Below the pieces are notes generated by a model. The model worked only from the letters and a program-made list of their open reading frames with translations. It was not told the origin of the DNA and made no database searches. DNA of 32,000 nucleotides, from the NCBI RefSeq assembly GCF_000619845.1, contig NZ_JHUX01000004.1:150001-182000 (forward strand), given 5' to 3'. Each line of letters begins with the position of its first letter. Positions within the stretch are counted from its first letter, which is position 1. Below are positions 1-8,550 of this stretch, piece by piece. The position numbers were made by a program, and so were the translations under genes. This stretch comes from Alkanindiges illinoisensis DSM 15370. Lineage in GTDB: Bacteria; Pseudomonadota; Gammaproteobacteria; Pseudomonadales; Moraxellaceae.

Positions 1-1
1 T

Positions 2-697
2 GATACAACCTTAACCGCAGCGCAAGGTTTACCCGTCATTGCCGGGCTAATTGCCAGTACTTTTAAAGCAGCCTGTGAACGCATACGCCAGCTCAACCAG
101 TATGACATTGCAGGGATTATGCTTAGCTCGCCCAGCTATATCCGGCCTTCGCAACAGGGGCTGGTTGATTACTTTAGCCGGCTAGCGGATATCAGTGAAA
201 AACCATTGGTAATTTATGAAATTCCCTATCGCACAGGCATTCGCATGGAACTGTCATCGCTATTAACGCTGGCGCGTCATCCGAATATTCAGGCCATCAA
301 GGATTGTGCGGGATCACCGACAATCACTCAGGCCTTAATCGACGCTGGCAATCTGCAAGTGCTGACGGGTGAAGATTTCAATATTTTTAATACTCTGTGC
401 ATGGGTGGACACGGAGCCATTGCAGCAGCAACGCATATCCGGCCAGATTTATATGTCAGCATGATGCAGGCGATTCAAGCGGGTCAATTGGCTAAAGCAC
501 GGCAGATTTTTGCCAGTGTCACTCCATTAATCCAGCAGTTATTTGCTGAACCTAACCCTGCGCCACTCAAAGGCTTGCTGGCACAACAGGGCCATATCGC
601 CAATCAACTCCATTTTCCTCTGCTACCCGCGTCTACAGGACTGGTGGAACAGCTTGGCCGTCTGGCACAGCAACTGGATACATCATATCCTGCCTAA
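2..697 (+). CDS. DapA-family class I aldolase (4-hydroxy-tetrahydrodipicolinate synthase family), 5'-truncated by window edge
   Basis: Frame 2 is open from base 2 to the TAA at 695-697 (39 sense codons precede the first Met at 119). Translation has the family blocks PLVIYEIPYRTGIRM (YN.P.RTG), IQAIKDCAG (Schiff-base Lys block), GGHGAI and AEPNPAPLKGLL (EPNP.P.K). It is divergent from canonical DapA, so substrate is not assigned. Confidence 0.75.
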   Translation, partial: DTTLTAAQGLPVIAGLIASTFKAACERIRQLNQYDIAGIMLSSPSYIRPSQQGLVDYFSRLADISEKPLVIYEIPYRTGIRMELSSLLTLARHPNIQAIKDCAGSPTITQALIDAGNLQVLTGEDFNIFNTLCMGGHGAIAAATHIRPDLYVSMMQAIQAGQLAKARQIFASVTPLIQQLFAEPNPAPLKGLLAQQGHIANQLHFPLLPASTGLVEQLGRLAQQLDTSYPA

Positions 698-787
698 CTG
701 CTATTGAATGACATATGCTGAACTGGCTGCAATAGACCAGTTCAGCAATCATTTACTGTAAAACCAATCTCTTTTTGAGCGCAATTT

Positions 788-1372
788 TTAAACGGGATTT
801 TTGGCCATATTTTTTTCAATCCGGCTGTCTGGAATTACCCAAAGCAATGCAATCGCCAGATAAATCAGTTGGGCCAGCCATTCATAATAAAATGCCAGCG
901 GTACCGCCAGACAATAACCAATCACTGAAAAAATGCCCTTATAATCGCGGCCAATGGCAAAGCGCAAGGTGTTATTTTCTTCCGCAGCACAGGTAATACT
1001 ATGAACCAGCATCCAGTAAGCCACGGCACAAGCCGCCAGATTCACCCCATAAACCGCGGTGGGCAGCGCATTAAAATGATTTTCCCCCATCCAGCCAGTG
1101 CTAAACGGCAATAGTGACAGCCAGAATAGCAAATGCAGGTTGGCCCATAACACCCGGCCATTGATATGGTGAGTGGCATGCAGCAGGTGATGGTGATTAT
1201 TCCAGTAAATGCCAATGTATAAAAAGCTCAGGATATAGCTTAAAAACACAGGAATTAATGGCGTAAGCGCATGCAGGTCTGAACCATGCGGCACTTTAAG
1301 CTCCAGCACCATAATGGTAATGACAATGGCCAGCACGCCATCACTAAAGGCTTCAAGCCGGTTCTTTTGCAC
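788..1372 (-). CDS. TMEM175/DUF1211-family membrane protein (putative K+ channel homologue)
   Basis: 194-aa ORF with about six hydrophobic helices. The N terminus MQKNRLEAFSDGVLAIVITIMVLEL carries the R...FSD signature of TM1 in the TMEM175/DUF1211 family. Confidence 0.7.
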   Translation of the reverse strand: MQKNRLEAFSDGVLAIVITIMVLELKVPHGSDLHALTPLIPVFLSYILSFLYIGIYWNNHHHLLHATHHINGRVLWANLHLLFWLSLLPFSTGWMGENHFNALPTAVYGVNLAACAVAYWMLVHSITCAAEENNTLRFAIGRDYKGIFSVIGYCLAVPLAFYYEWLAQLIYLAIALLWVIPDSRIEKNMAKNPV

Positions 1373-1461
1373 AATGGATTCCTTATGTGTTGCTAACAGA
1401 TGGTTCTGTTTAATAAAAATTTAAAGCCCTAAACGTGTTTCAAGCGCTGCAATCTGCTGAC

Positions 1462-2247
1462 TTAACCCGGTTGGGCCAAATTCGCTTGGGTCATTGTGGC
1501 TGGTGGAAATGTCATTTTAAAATGAGTCATTTTAAAAGCGGCCAGCACCTTGCCCTGGCTTAAATCCGGGAAGTAAAACGGATCAAACCACCAGTTTTTT
1601 ATAGTGGCCAAACAGGCCTGACCGCTGGCTTCCGGCGCTGTATAAAAGCGTTTGCCACCCCAGTCCTGCACTAGCGTCCTTAAGCGTGCTGGAATTAGCG
1701 CAGTGCTCACCGGAAATGTAAAGCGGTTGGCTTGTAGTTCAATTTGGGCAATGGCTTGCTGGTCTAGTGTTTTCAGCTGTATGGATTCAGCCTGCAATTG
1801 GGTTGCCGCGCTGTCCTGTTGATAATCAAACTCAGCCAGTTGCTTGGAAATGCCCCAGTTTTGCTGACCATTAATGACTGATGCCATAGTTGATACATAA
1901 ATTTTATCAATGGATGGATAACCCGCCACTATCCCGTGGCTCAGGTGCGGAATATGCAATAGTTCATCATAAGGCCCGACATCACTTTGGCGATAGTGGG
2001 CAAAAATCAGCAGTTGCACACGACCATGTGGCCTCAGGCGGCCTGCTTTTTTAGCCAGCGTTACGAACAGATTTCTTGCTGGTTTTGCTTTTGATTTATC
2101 TACTTCGGGTTTATCTGCTGTATTGTTTGGATAAGGCATCCAGACAGCCACCACGTAGCCTTTGCCGTTAAGCTGCCAGGGCGCTGGGGCAATAATACCG
2201 CTATTTTCTGGTGGCAACGGGCTTGTTACTGGCATGCGATGCTCCAT
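1462..2247 (-). CDS. Hypothetical protein, acetoacetate decarboxylase (ADC)-like fold suspected
   Basis: 261-aa ORF. PAPWQLNGKGYVV near the N terminus, YRQSDVGPYDELL, and IYVSTMASVINGQQNWGISKQLAEF resemble conserved blocks of the ADC-like family as I recall them. Alternative start at Met5 (2235). Confidence 0.45.
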   Translation of the reverse strand: MEHRMPVTSPLPPENSGIIAPAPWQLNGKGYVVAVWMPYPNNTADKPEVDKSKAKPARNLFVTLAKKAGRLRPHGRVQLLIFAHYRQSDVGPYDELLHIPHLSHGIVAGYPSIDKIYVSTMASVINGQQNWGISKQLAEFDYQQDSAATQLQAESIQLKTLDQQAIAQIELQANRFTFPVSTALIPARLRTLVQDWGGKRFYTAPEASGQACLATIKNWWFDPFYFPDLSQGKVLAAFKMTHFKMTFPPATMTQANLAQPG

Positions 2248-2358
2248 TGGACTAAATGGCCTATTAATACCTGATTCACTAAAAAAAGGCGATATCCTGA
2301 TGATTAAGCTAGGAAACTTTTATCTATAGAAATGCAGGCTTAAGGCTATACTGTGTTG

Positions 2359-3567
2359 TCAGGCAGCTTTTTCATAATGCCGCGTAGCCAGCCAGACCAA
2401 TAGCGCCATGCTGCTTAGCAGTAAGCCAAGCGCGGAAACCCCAGCCCAGGCATAATGCTGGTACATCCATGCTGAAGCTAGCGATCCCAAAGCCCCGCCA
2501 ATAAAATAACTGAGCATATAACCTGCATTCAGGCGATTCCGGGCTTCCGGCTTGATCTGGTAAATAATATTCTGGTTAACCACGTGTACCAGTTGCACAC
2601 ATAAATCCAGCACAATAATGCCAATAATCAGCGCAATCACCGAATATCCGCCAAAGTATAGCGGAATCCACGACAACATCAGCAAAATACAGCCCAGCGT
2701 GGTGGTTTGCGTTGATTTACCCTGATCCACCATCTTGCCTGCTTTGGTGGCCGCCAGCGCACCAGCCACTCCGGCCAGACCAAACAGGCCAATCATAAAA
2801 TCCGAAAAGCCAAACGGGGCTTCCGACAGTAAAAAAGCCAGCGGTGTCCATAAAATACTGAAACAGGCAAAAATCAGCCCACCAATGATTGAGCGCCACA
2901 GAAACACTTTTTCAGTTTTAAAGAAGATGAAGATGGACGCCAACAGCTGTGGATAGGTCAGCCCGGCATTTTGACGCCGCACCGGCAAATGACGGTACAG
3001 CACCATCGTAGTCAATAACAACACGGCAGCTGCGCACCAGTAAATGGTACGCCAGTTGCCAAGATCCGATAAAAAGCCTGCCACCGTGCGCGCCAGCAAT
3101 ATACCCAGCAGCAGGCCACTCATGATAATGCCCACTACCTGCCCACGCTGATGCGGACTGGCCAATGCAGAGCCTAACGGTACAATCACCTGCGCCACCA
3201 CCGAGAAAAAACTGGTAATACTGGTGCCAATAAACAGCATCCAGATATTTTGCGACAAGGCGCTCAGCAGCAACCCACTGGTTGATAACAGCAACATGCT
3301 AATAATCAGGCGGCGCTGCTCAAACAAATCGCCCAGCGGAACCAATAGCACCAGCCCCAAGGCATAAGATAGCTGAGCCACCGTGACAATAATCCCGGCA
3401 CTGGCATACGAGAGCTGAAAATAATCAGCAATGCTGTGTAGTAACGGCTGTGCATAATAATTGCTGGCCACTGCAATACCAGTGGTGAACGCCATGAGCA
3501 TGACCATGCTCCGGCTCAGCGCTGCTTGTGGGTGCAAATTGTCAGGAGTAGTTCTGGATGTAGACAT
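2359..3567 (-). CDS. MFS transporter (12-TM)
   Basis: 402-aa ORF that is hydrophobic throughout, with an MFS loop 2-3 motif (PLGDLFEQRRLI) and two six-helix halves. Confidence 0.8.
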   Translation of the reverse strand: MSTSRTTPDNLHPQAALSRSMVMLMAFTTGIAVASNYYAQPLLHSIADYFQLSYASAGIIVTVAQLSYALGLVLLVPLGDLFEQRRLIISMLLLSTSGLLLSALSQNIWMLFIGTSITSFFSVVAQVIVPLGSALASPHQRGQVVGIIMSGLLLGILLARTVAGFLSDLGNWRTIYWCAAAVLLLTTMVLYRHLPVRRQNAGLTYPQLLASIFIFFKTEKVFLWRSIIGGLIFACFSILWTPLAFLLSEAPFGFSDFMIGLFGLAGVAGALAATKAGKMVDQGKSTQTTTLGCILLMLSWIPLYFGGYSVIALIIGIIVLDLCVQLVHVVNQNIIYQIKPEARNRLNAGYMLSYFIGGALGSLASAWMYQHYAWAGVSALGLLLSSMALLVWLATRHYEKAA

Positions 3568-3753
3568 CGGATTCTTACAATAATAGCGCGAAATGATTGC
3601 AGTAAATTATGCCCGAAACTTTTGACAGAACTGTAATTAAAGGTGGTAAATCAACTGACTGGCTTAAAAATTTAGTCTGTTGGGCAAGTAGTTAGCATCT
3701 AATAGCAACTGTAGTTACCTTAAATTCTGTATACCCTACCAAACATAGGGCAC

Positions 3754-3784
3754 AAAAAAAGCACTAATAAAAAGTGCTTTTTTG
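3754..3784. terminator. Bidirectional rho-independent terminator downstream of the 3849-4172 gene
   Basis: AAAGCACT (3758-3765) / AGTGCTTT (3773-3780) form a perfect 8-bp stem with a 7-nt loop. An A-run lies upstream and a T-run downstream, so the element reads as a terminator on either strand. Confidence 0.75.
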
Positions 3785-3848
3785 ATCTACTGTTCATAAA
3801 GCAGGTATTGATTAAAAGCTTGATAAAACCTTTAATCCCTTGCCTGCC

Positions 3849-4172
3849 TTACTTAAAGGCTACTGCAGAATTACACAGCGCCATGCGGTTGGAGTTTTTG
3901 GAAGGCGACCAGTCTGTGCCAGCATTGGATTTAAAATAACCCAGTGGCCCAACCTGTTTGGCCAGTGCCTGACAGGCTTTCATGTCTGCCTCGCTACCTG
4001 AAGCACCACCACTGGCCTTGCAACTGCCACCATTGCAACGCCAATCCATGTCATTGCCCTGAACATTGCCCTGATGTGCGCTGCCCGCTGTGTATTCAAC
4101 TGGCGCAGCCCAGGCCTGAGCCATGCCCAGCATCAAAAGCCCTATACCTAACAGATGTTTGATTCTCATCAA
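3849..4172 (-). CDS. Small secreted cysteine-containing protein, unknown function
   Basis: 107-aa ORF with an AAGGAG Shine-Dalgarno 7 nt upstream of the ATG. Sec signal peptide MMRIKHLLGIGLLMLGMAQAWA/AP. The mature part is Gly/Ser/Asn-rich with 4 Cys. Its own terminator is at 3754-3784. Confidence 0.7.
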   Translation of the reverse strand: MMRIKHLLGIGLLMLGMAQAWAAPVEYTAGSAHQGNVQGNDMDWRCNGGSCKASGGASGSEADMKACQALAKQVGPLGYFKSNAGTDWSPSKNSNRMALCNSAVAFK

Positions 4173-4180
4173 ACCACTCC

Positions 4181-4210
4181 TTTATAAAGGATCGGCATCA
4201 CACACGATCC
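4181..4210 (-). terminator. Possible terminator after ypfJ-like gene
   Basis: On the minus strand, GGATCG (4189-4194) and CGATCC (4205-4210) form a 6-bp stem with a 10-nt loop, followed by TTTATAAA. The stem is short, hence the low confidence. Confidence 0.35.
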
Positions 4211-4280
4211 ATTGTTTATCTTATACGCTGTTTTTGATTTTATTTCAGTAGCAAATCATTATCCCATTATACATATTTTG

Positions 4281-5222
4281 TTACAACTGCGGGATATTGA
4301 ATGTATCACATTGATTTAAATCACCTGTGTTTAAACCGGTATTAAACCAGCGTGCCCGTTGCTGGCTAGTCCCATGGGTAAAGCTATCCGGCACCACGTA
4401 ACCCCGTGCCTGTTTTTGCAGATAGTCATCACCAATTTTATGCGCAGCATCCATGGCTTCTTCTACATCGCCAGCCTGTAAGAACTGGGTGCGCTGCTGA
4501 TTATGATGGGCCCACACGCCGGCATAACAGTCAGCCTGCAATTCCTGCCGGACGGACAAGGCATTGCCCTGTGTTTCGCTAGCTTGCTGGCGTGCCTGTT
4601 GCACCTGGCTGGAAATGCCCAGCAGGTTTTGGACATGATGGCCCACCTCATGGGCAATCACATAGGCTTCGGCAAAGTCACCAGCCTGATTGCTATTGGG
4701 GTTTTCTGCACTGTTTTGCTGATCACCGCTAATGCCCATTTGCTGGCGCATTTGCTGAAAAAACGACAAATCAATATACACTTTCTGGTCGGCCGGGCAA
4801 TAAAACGGCCCCATGGCAGATTGTGCTGCGCCACAACCGGATTGCACCCCATTACGGAACAACACCAGCATGGGTTTTTGATACTGCTTGCCAGCGCTGG
4901 CAAAAATTTGCTGCCAAGTGTCTTCAGTATCCGCCAGAACCACACTCACCATTTGCCGGGTTTGTGCATCTTCCGCGCTTTCCTGATACGGCTGTGAAAC
5001 CTGCTGGGTTGCTGATTGTCCACCCAGCATGGCCAGCGGATTAATACCAAATACTTTCCAGACAATCAGGCCCAGAATCACCACCACAATGGTGCCTTTT
5101 ACCCCAAGCCGGGAAAAAATTGCCATCAGGGCAAGCGGAGCTACACCACCGCCCAGGCCTGTGCCGGAGTTGCCACGCAGGTCTTCAACCTGATTACTTT
5201 CACGACGTCCTTTCCAGCGCAT
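4281..5222 (-). CDS. ypfJ: YpfJ-family putative neutral zinc metallopeptidase
   Basis: 313 aa. The N terminus MRWKGRRESNQVEDLRG followed by one TM helix is the YpfJ hallmark. The HEVGHHVQ zinc-binding HExxH motif is present. Confidence 0.85.
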   Translation of the reverse strand: MRWKGRRESNQVEDLRGNSGTGLGGGVAPLALMAIFSRLGVKGTIVVVILGLIVWKVFGINPLAMLGGQSATQQVSQPYQESAEDAQTRQMVSVVLADTEDTWQQIFASAGKQYQKPMLVLFRNGVQSGCGAAQSAMGPFYCPADQKVYIDLSFFQQMRQQMGISGDQQNSAENPNSNQAGDFAEAYVIAHEVGHHVQNLLGISSQVQQARQQASETQGNALSVRQELQADCYAGVWAHHNQQRTQFLQAGDVEEAMDAAHKIGDDYLQKQARGYVVPDSFTHGTSQQRARWFNTGLNTGDLNQCDTFNIPQL

Positions 5223-5285
5223 GAGGCACCCCTTGTCTATCGATGATGTTGAAACTGATTTTACCCACTACGGTAAATAACTGGC

Positions 5286-6221
5286 TTAAGACCGCGCCGA
5301 TGTCCAGATTTTCTGGCCCAGACTCACAATAACCAAAACAATAATACCGGCCACAATTCCCAACAGGCCATTTAACACGGTAGGCAACAAGGCTTCAAAC
5401 AACTGGCCAAAACCCGGAATGCCACCCGCTGCCTCAGCACGGTTGTCAATCCAGTGATGAAACAACGGTACGCCATGCGCAATAATACCGCCACCCACCA
5501 GAAACATTGCCGCCGTGCCAACAACCGACAGGGTTTTCATCAGGTAAGGGGCAAAGCTGATCAAGCCCTGACCAATGCGTTTGGCCAATGAACCGGGTTT
5601 TTTCATCAAGTAAAAGCCTGCATCATCCAGCCTGACGATGCCTGCCACCAGCCCATAGACGCCGGCAGTCATGACCACTGCAATAATACTCAACACAATA
5701 AGCTGATCAAGTAGCGGTGCATCGGCCACTGTACCCAGACTAATCACAATAATTTCAGCAGATAAAATGAAATCGGTGCGGATGGCTCCCTTGGTTTTTT
5801 CTTTTTCAAACTGGGCCAGATTGTTAATGTTCAGCTCTGCTTTTTTTTCAACCGTGCCGTCTTCGCTTGTGGTTTTATCCTTGCGATGGAAAAAACTGTG
5901 CGCCAGTTTTTCTACTCCTTCATAACACAGGTATAGGCCGCCCAGCATCAGTAGCAACAGAACACCCTGCTCCCAGAATGCGCTAATCAATAACGCCAGT
6001 GGCACCAGGATGACCTTGTTAATAAAGGAACCCTTGGCCACAGCCCAGACAATGGGAATTTCACGCTCAGCCCGTACCCCGCTCACTTGCTGGGCATTGA
6101 GTGCCAGATCATCACCCAGTACCCCGGCAGTTTTTTTGGCCGCCATTTTGCTCATGAGTGCCACATCATCCAGAATTGTGGAGATGTCATCCAGTAAAGT
6201 CAGTAAACTGGCTCCAGCCAT
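5286..6221 (-). CDS. yedI: DUF808 inner-membrane protein (YedI family)
   Basis: 311 aa. MAGASLLTLLDDISTILDDVALMSKMAAKKTAGVLGDDLALNAQQVSGV and GAIRTDFILSAEI are near-identical to blocks of E. coli YedI as I recall it. Confidence 0.85.
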   Translation of the reverse strand: MAGASLLTLLDDISTILDDVALMSKMAAKKTAGVLGDDLALNAQQVSGVRAEREIPIVWAVAKGSFINKVILVPLALLISAFWEQGVLLLLMLGGLYLCYEGVEKLAHSFFHRKDKTTSEDGTVEKKAELNINNLAQFEKEKTKGAIRTDFILSAEIIVISLGTVADAPLLDQLIVLSIIAVVMTAGVYGLVAGIVRLDDAGFYLMKKPGSLAKRIGQGLISFAPYLMKTLSVVGTAAMFLVGGGIIAHGVPLFHHWIDNRAEAAGGIPGFGQLFEALLPTVLNGLLGIVAGIIVLVIVSLGQKIWTSARS

Positions 6222-6445
6222 CTTGTTCTACTCAATGATTTAATTAGCGCTAACATACGGAATTTTAAATTTTAGTTCTATCCATAAATTGCTGTAAAAA
6301 GATTATTTTTTGCAAAGCATGACTAAAATCTGGACAAAAAGCTTCTTCACAATTTAAAACCGGAACGTTGAAAAGCTTAAAGGTTATATGCAGTTTTAAT
6401 TAGCTTTTTCACATCACTAGGAATTTTTGCCGTGCTCTGATGAAT

Positions 6446-6479
6446 AAGCTGATTCCTGCCACAATCCTCATCAGCTTTT
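6446..6479. terminator. Inverted repeat downstream of the 6511-7080 gene (possible terminator)
   Basis: AAGCTGAT (6446-6453) / ATCAGCTT (6470-6477) form a perfect 8-bp stem with a 16-nt loop. The T-run follows on the plus strand only, while the adjacent gene is on the minus strand, so function and orientation are uncertain. Confidence 0.3.
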
Positions 6480-6510
6480 CTGCTGGATCAATCTTTAAAT
6501 ATGGCTTTTA

Positions 6511-7080
6511 TCATGGATTGAAATCTGCCTTATCTGTCCATTGCTTGGCCCGGTTCTCAGTAGCTTGCGGATCACGACTGACTGGAATAACGGGTGGAAT
6601 ATAACGCTGGGCCGGATGATAACTGCCCGAACCCGACGGATATAGATAATAGGTATCCTGATTAAAATACACGTCGCTAGTGGCATTTTGCGGGGCAATG
6701 ACTTCAACCTGCCGATTGATAATGGTCGTGCTGGGCGCCTGATAATACAGTTTTGCAGCTATCTGTGGACGCTGCCCGCCTGTCCGTCGTTCATTGCGCG
6801 GGTGTGTACTATAGCGATGATAACCCGGTGACTCGCTAATGACCTGACGATAGAACGGTAATTGCGGTGGTTCTGGTTTCACCCGTCCCCGGTAAATGGC
6901 ACGCGGGGATTGTACTGGTTGCGGTTTTTCTACTGAAGCATGATCAGACATCGCCAGCAGTTGAGTGGCTGCCATGGCTGGCTGGCGAACTCCCAACGCT
7001 AAGCCCACGCTTATAGCCAGCATAAAAAAGGCTGTTTTTGTAGTGAGTTTATCTGGATAATTTGTTTTCATTGCTATCAT
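6511..7080 (-). CDS. Secreted Pro/Gln/Tyr-rich protein, unknown function
   Basis: 189-aa ORF with a signal peptide ending ...GLALGVRQPAMA/ATQ. The mature part is low-complexity (P, Q, Y, R rich) with no recognisable motif. Alternative start at Met4 (7071). Confidence 0.55.
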   Translation of the reverse strand: MIAMKTNYPDKLTTKTAFFMLAISVGLALGVRQPAMAATQLLAMSDHASVEKPQPVQSPRAIYRGRVKPEPPQLPFYRQVISESPGYHRYSTHPRNERRTGGQRPQIAAKLYYQAPSTTIINRQVEVIAPQNATSDVYFNQDTYYLYPSGSGSYHPAQRYIPPVIPVSRDPQATENRAKQWTDKADFNP

Positions 7081-7364
7081 CGGTTTATGGTTGTCATGGG
7101 ATATCTTGAATCTAAAGGCTTGAATACCAGTTTTGGCCAGACTCGTATTTAAGGTTGATACAGCTTTGTCACGTAGCAGCGTTTCAGGTAGCCATGTGCG
7201 CGGTAATCTAGGTAATAGGGTTTCTAATTTAAATTAATTTGGTAAAAGGCACAATTCGCTCAAATTATATACAACAAAAATGGTATGAAGCCTCTACAAT
7301 ACCCGCATATTTGCAGCCTTGGCCTGCCACAATCACTCATTATTATGAAAGCGGAACTGGATTT

Positions 7365-8381
7365 ATGAGCAGTACTACTGACAATCGTCCTATTGTATTA
7401 ACCGGTGACCGAACCACGGGACAACTTCATCTTGGACATTATGCTGGCTCATTAAAAACCCGTACCACGTTGCAGGATACGCATCATCAGTTTTTGCTGC
7501 TGGCTGATGCACAGGCCCTGACTGATAACTTTGATAACCCGGAAAAAGTGCAGCGTAATGTGCTGGAAGTGGCACTGGATTATCTGGCAGTGGGCATCGA
7601 CCCAACCAAAACCACTATTTTTGTGCAATCCTGCGTGCCTGCGCTGTCTGAGCTAACCATGCTGTACCTGAACTTTGTGACGGTAGCACGGCTGGAGCGC
7701 AACCCCACCATCAAGCAGGAAATTGTGCTGCGTGGTTTTGAGCGCGACATTCCGGCAGGCTTTTTGTGCTACCCGGTGGCACAGGCGGCGGATATTACCG
7801 CGTTTAAGGCCACGCTGGTGCCAGTGGGTGAAGACCAGATTCCCATGATTGAACAAACCAATGAAATTGCACGCCGTATTAACCGTCAGGTGGGACGGGA
7901 CATTTTGCCGGAATGCAAGGCCATGCTGTCCAACGTGGCGCGTCTGCCCGGTTTTGATGGCAAGGCCAAAATGAGCAAATCACTGGGCAATACCATAGTG
8001 TTGAATGCCAGTGATGATGACATCAAAAAAGCCGTCAATAAAATGTATACCGACCCGAACCATTTAAAAGTGAGTGATCCGGGACAGGTTGAAGGCAACG
8101 TGGTATTTACCTATCTGGATGCCTTTGATGAATTCCCTGAAGAAATTGCCGAGCTAAAAGCGCATTACCAGCGTGGTGGTTTGGGCGATTCAGTATTGAA
8201 AAAACGCCTGTATGAGCGACTGGTCGCCATGATTGCACCGATTCGCGAGCGCCGTAACCAGTTTGCCCAAGACCCGGCCTATGTGATGGATGTGCTGCGC
8301 GAAGGCACGCAAAAGGCACAGGTGGTCACCCAGCAAACGCTGGATGAAGTAAAAAATGCATTGGGCCTATTCCGGTTTTAA
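7365..8381 (+). CDS. trpS: Tryptophan--tRNA ligase
   Basis: Class I aaRS motifs HLGHY (HIGH) and KMSKS are present, along with the conserved VPVGEDQ block. I place the start at ATG 7365 (MSSTTDNRPIVLTGDRTTGQLHLGH, 338 aa). The track ORF starts at TTG 7239 and adds 42 residues with no homology. Confidence 0.9.
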   Translation: MSSTTDNRPIVLTGDRTTGQLHLGHYAGSLKTRTTLQDTHHQFLLLADAQALTDNFDNPEKVQRNVLEVALDYLAVGIDPTKTTIFVQSCVPALSELTMLYLNFVTVARLERNPTIKQEIVLRGFERDIPAGFLCYPVAQAADITAFKATLVPVGEDQIPMIEQTNEIARRINRQVGRDILPECKAMLSNVARLPGFDGKAKMSKSLGNTIVLNASDDDIKKAVNKMYTDPNHLKVSDPGQVEGNVVFTYLDAFDEFPEEIAELKAHYQRGGLGDSVLKKRLYERLVAMIAPIRERRNQFAQDPAYVMDVLREGTQKAQVVTQQTLDEVKNALGLFRF

Positions 8382-8409
8382 TTAACGCTGGATTGACCGC
8401 TATCATTTA

Positions 8410-8439
8410 GCCTTAAGTCATTGGCTTAAGGCTTTTTTA
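8410..8439 (+). terminator. Rho-independent terminator of trpS
   Basis: GCCTTAAG (8410-8417) / CTTAAGGC (8425-8432) form a perfect 8-bp stem with a 7-nt loop, followed by TTTTTTAT. Confidence 0.8.
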
Positions 8440-8508
8440 TGGGTTTTTGTCGGTGGACTTAATATCTTGAGCCGCCTCTAATACTTCCAGCTATACAAAT
8501 CATTATTG

Positions 8509-8524
8509 TTATGTTATAACATAA
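8509..8524. promoter_or_regulatory. Zur-box-like perfect palindrome upstream of the L36 paralogue
   Basis: TTATGTTATAACATAA is a perfect 16-bp palindrome 27 nt upstream of the ATG at 8551. It contains the TGTTAT/ATAACA half-sites of gammaproteobacterial Zur boxes. Its position over a likely -10 region (TATAAC/CATAAT) fits a repressor site. Confidence 0.55.
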
Positions 8525-8550
8525 TTAATGAATAAATTTGAGTATGCATC

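Noticed and set aside
775-996. 73-aa plus-strand ORF
   Set aside because: It overlaps the 3' part of the DUF1211 gene on the opposite strand and has no motifs or ribosome-binding site.
6440-6604. 54-codon plus-strand ORF (MNKLIPATILISFSAGSIFKYGF...) resembling a small membrane peptide
   Set aside because: No ribosome-binding site. It overlaps the 3' end of the minus-strand 6511-7080 gene by about 90 nt. Its hydrophobic start coincides with the 8-bp inverted repeat at 6446-6477.
7239-7364. 42-residue N-terminal extension of trpS from a TTG start (track ORF)
   Set aside because: The extension has no similarity to TrpRS N termini. The conserved core begins right after ATG 7365, which gives the usual length of about 338 aa.
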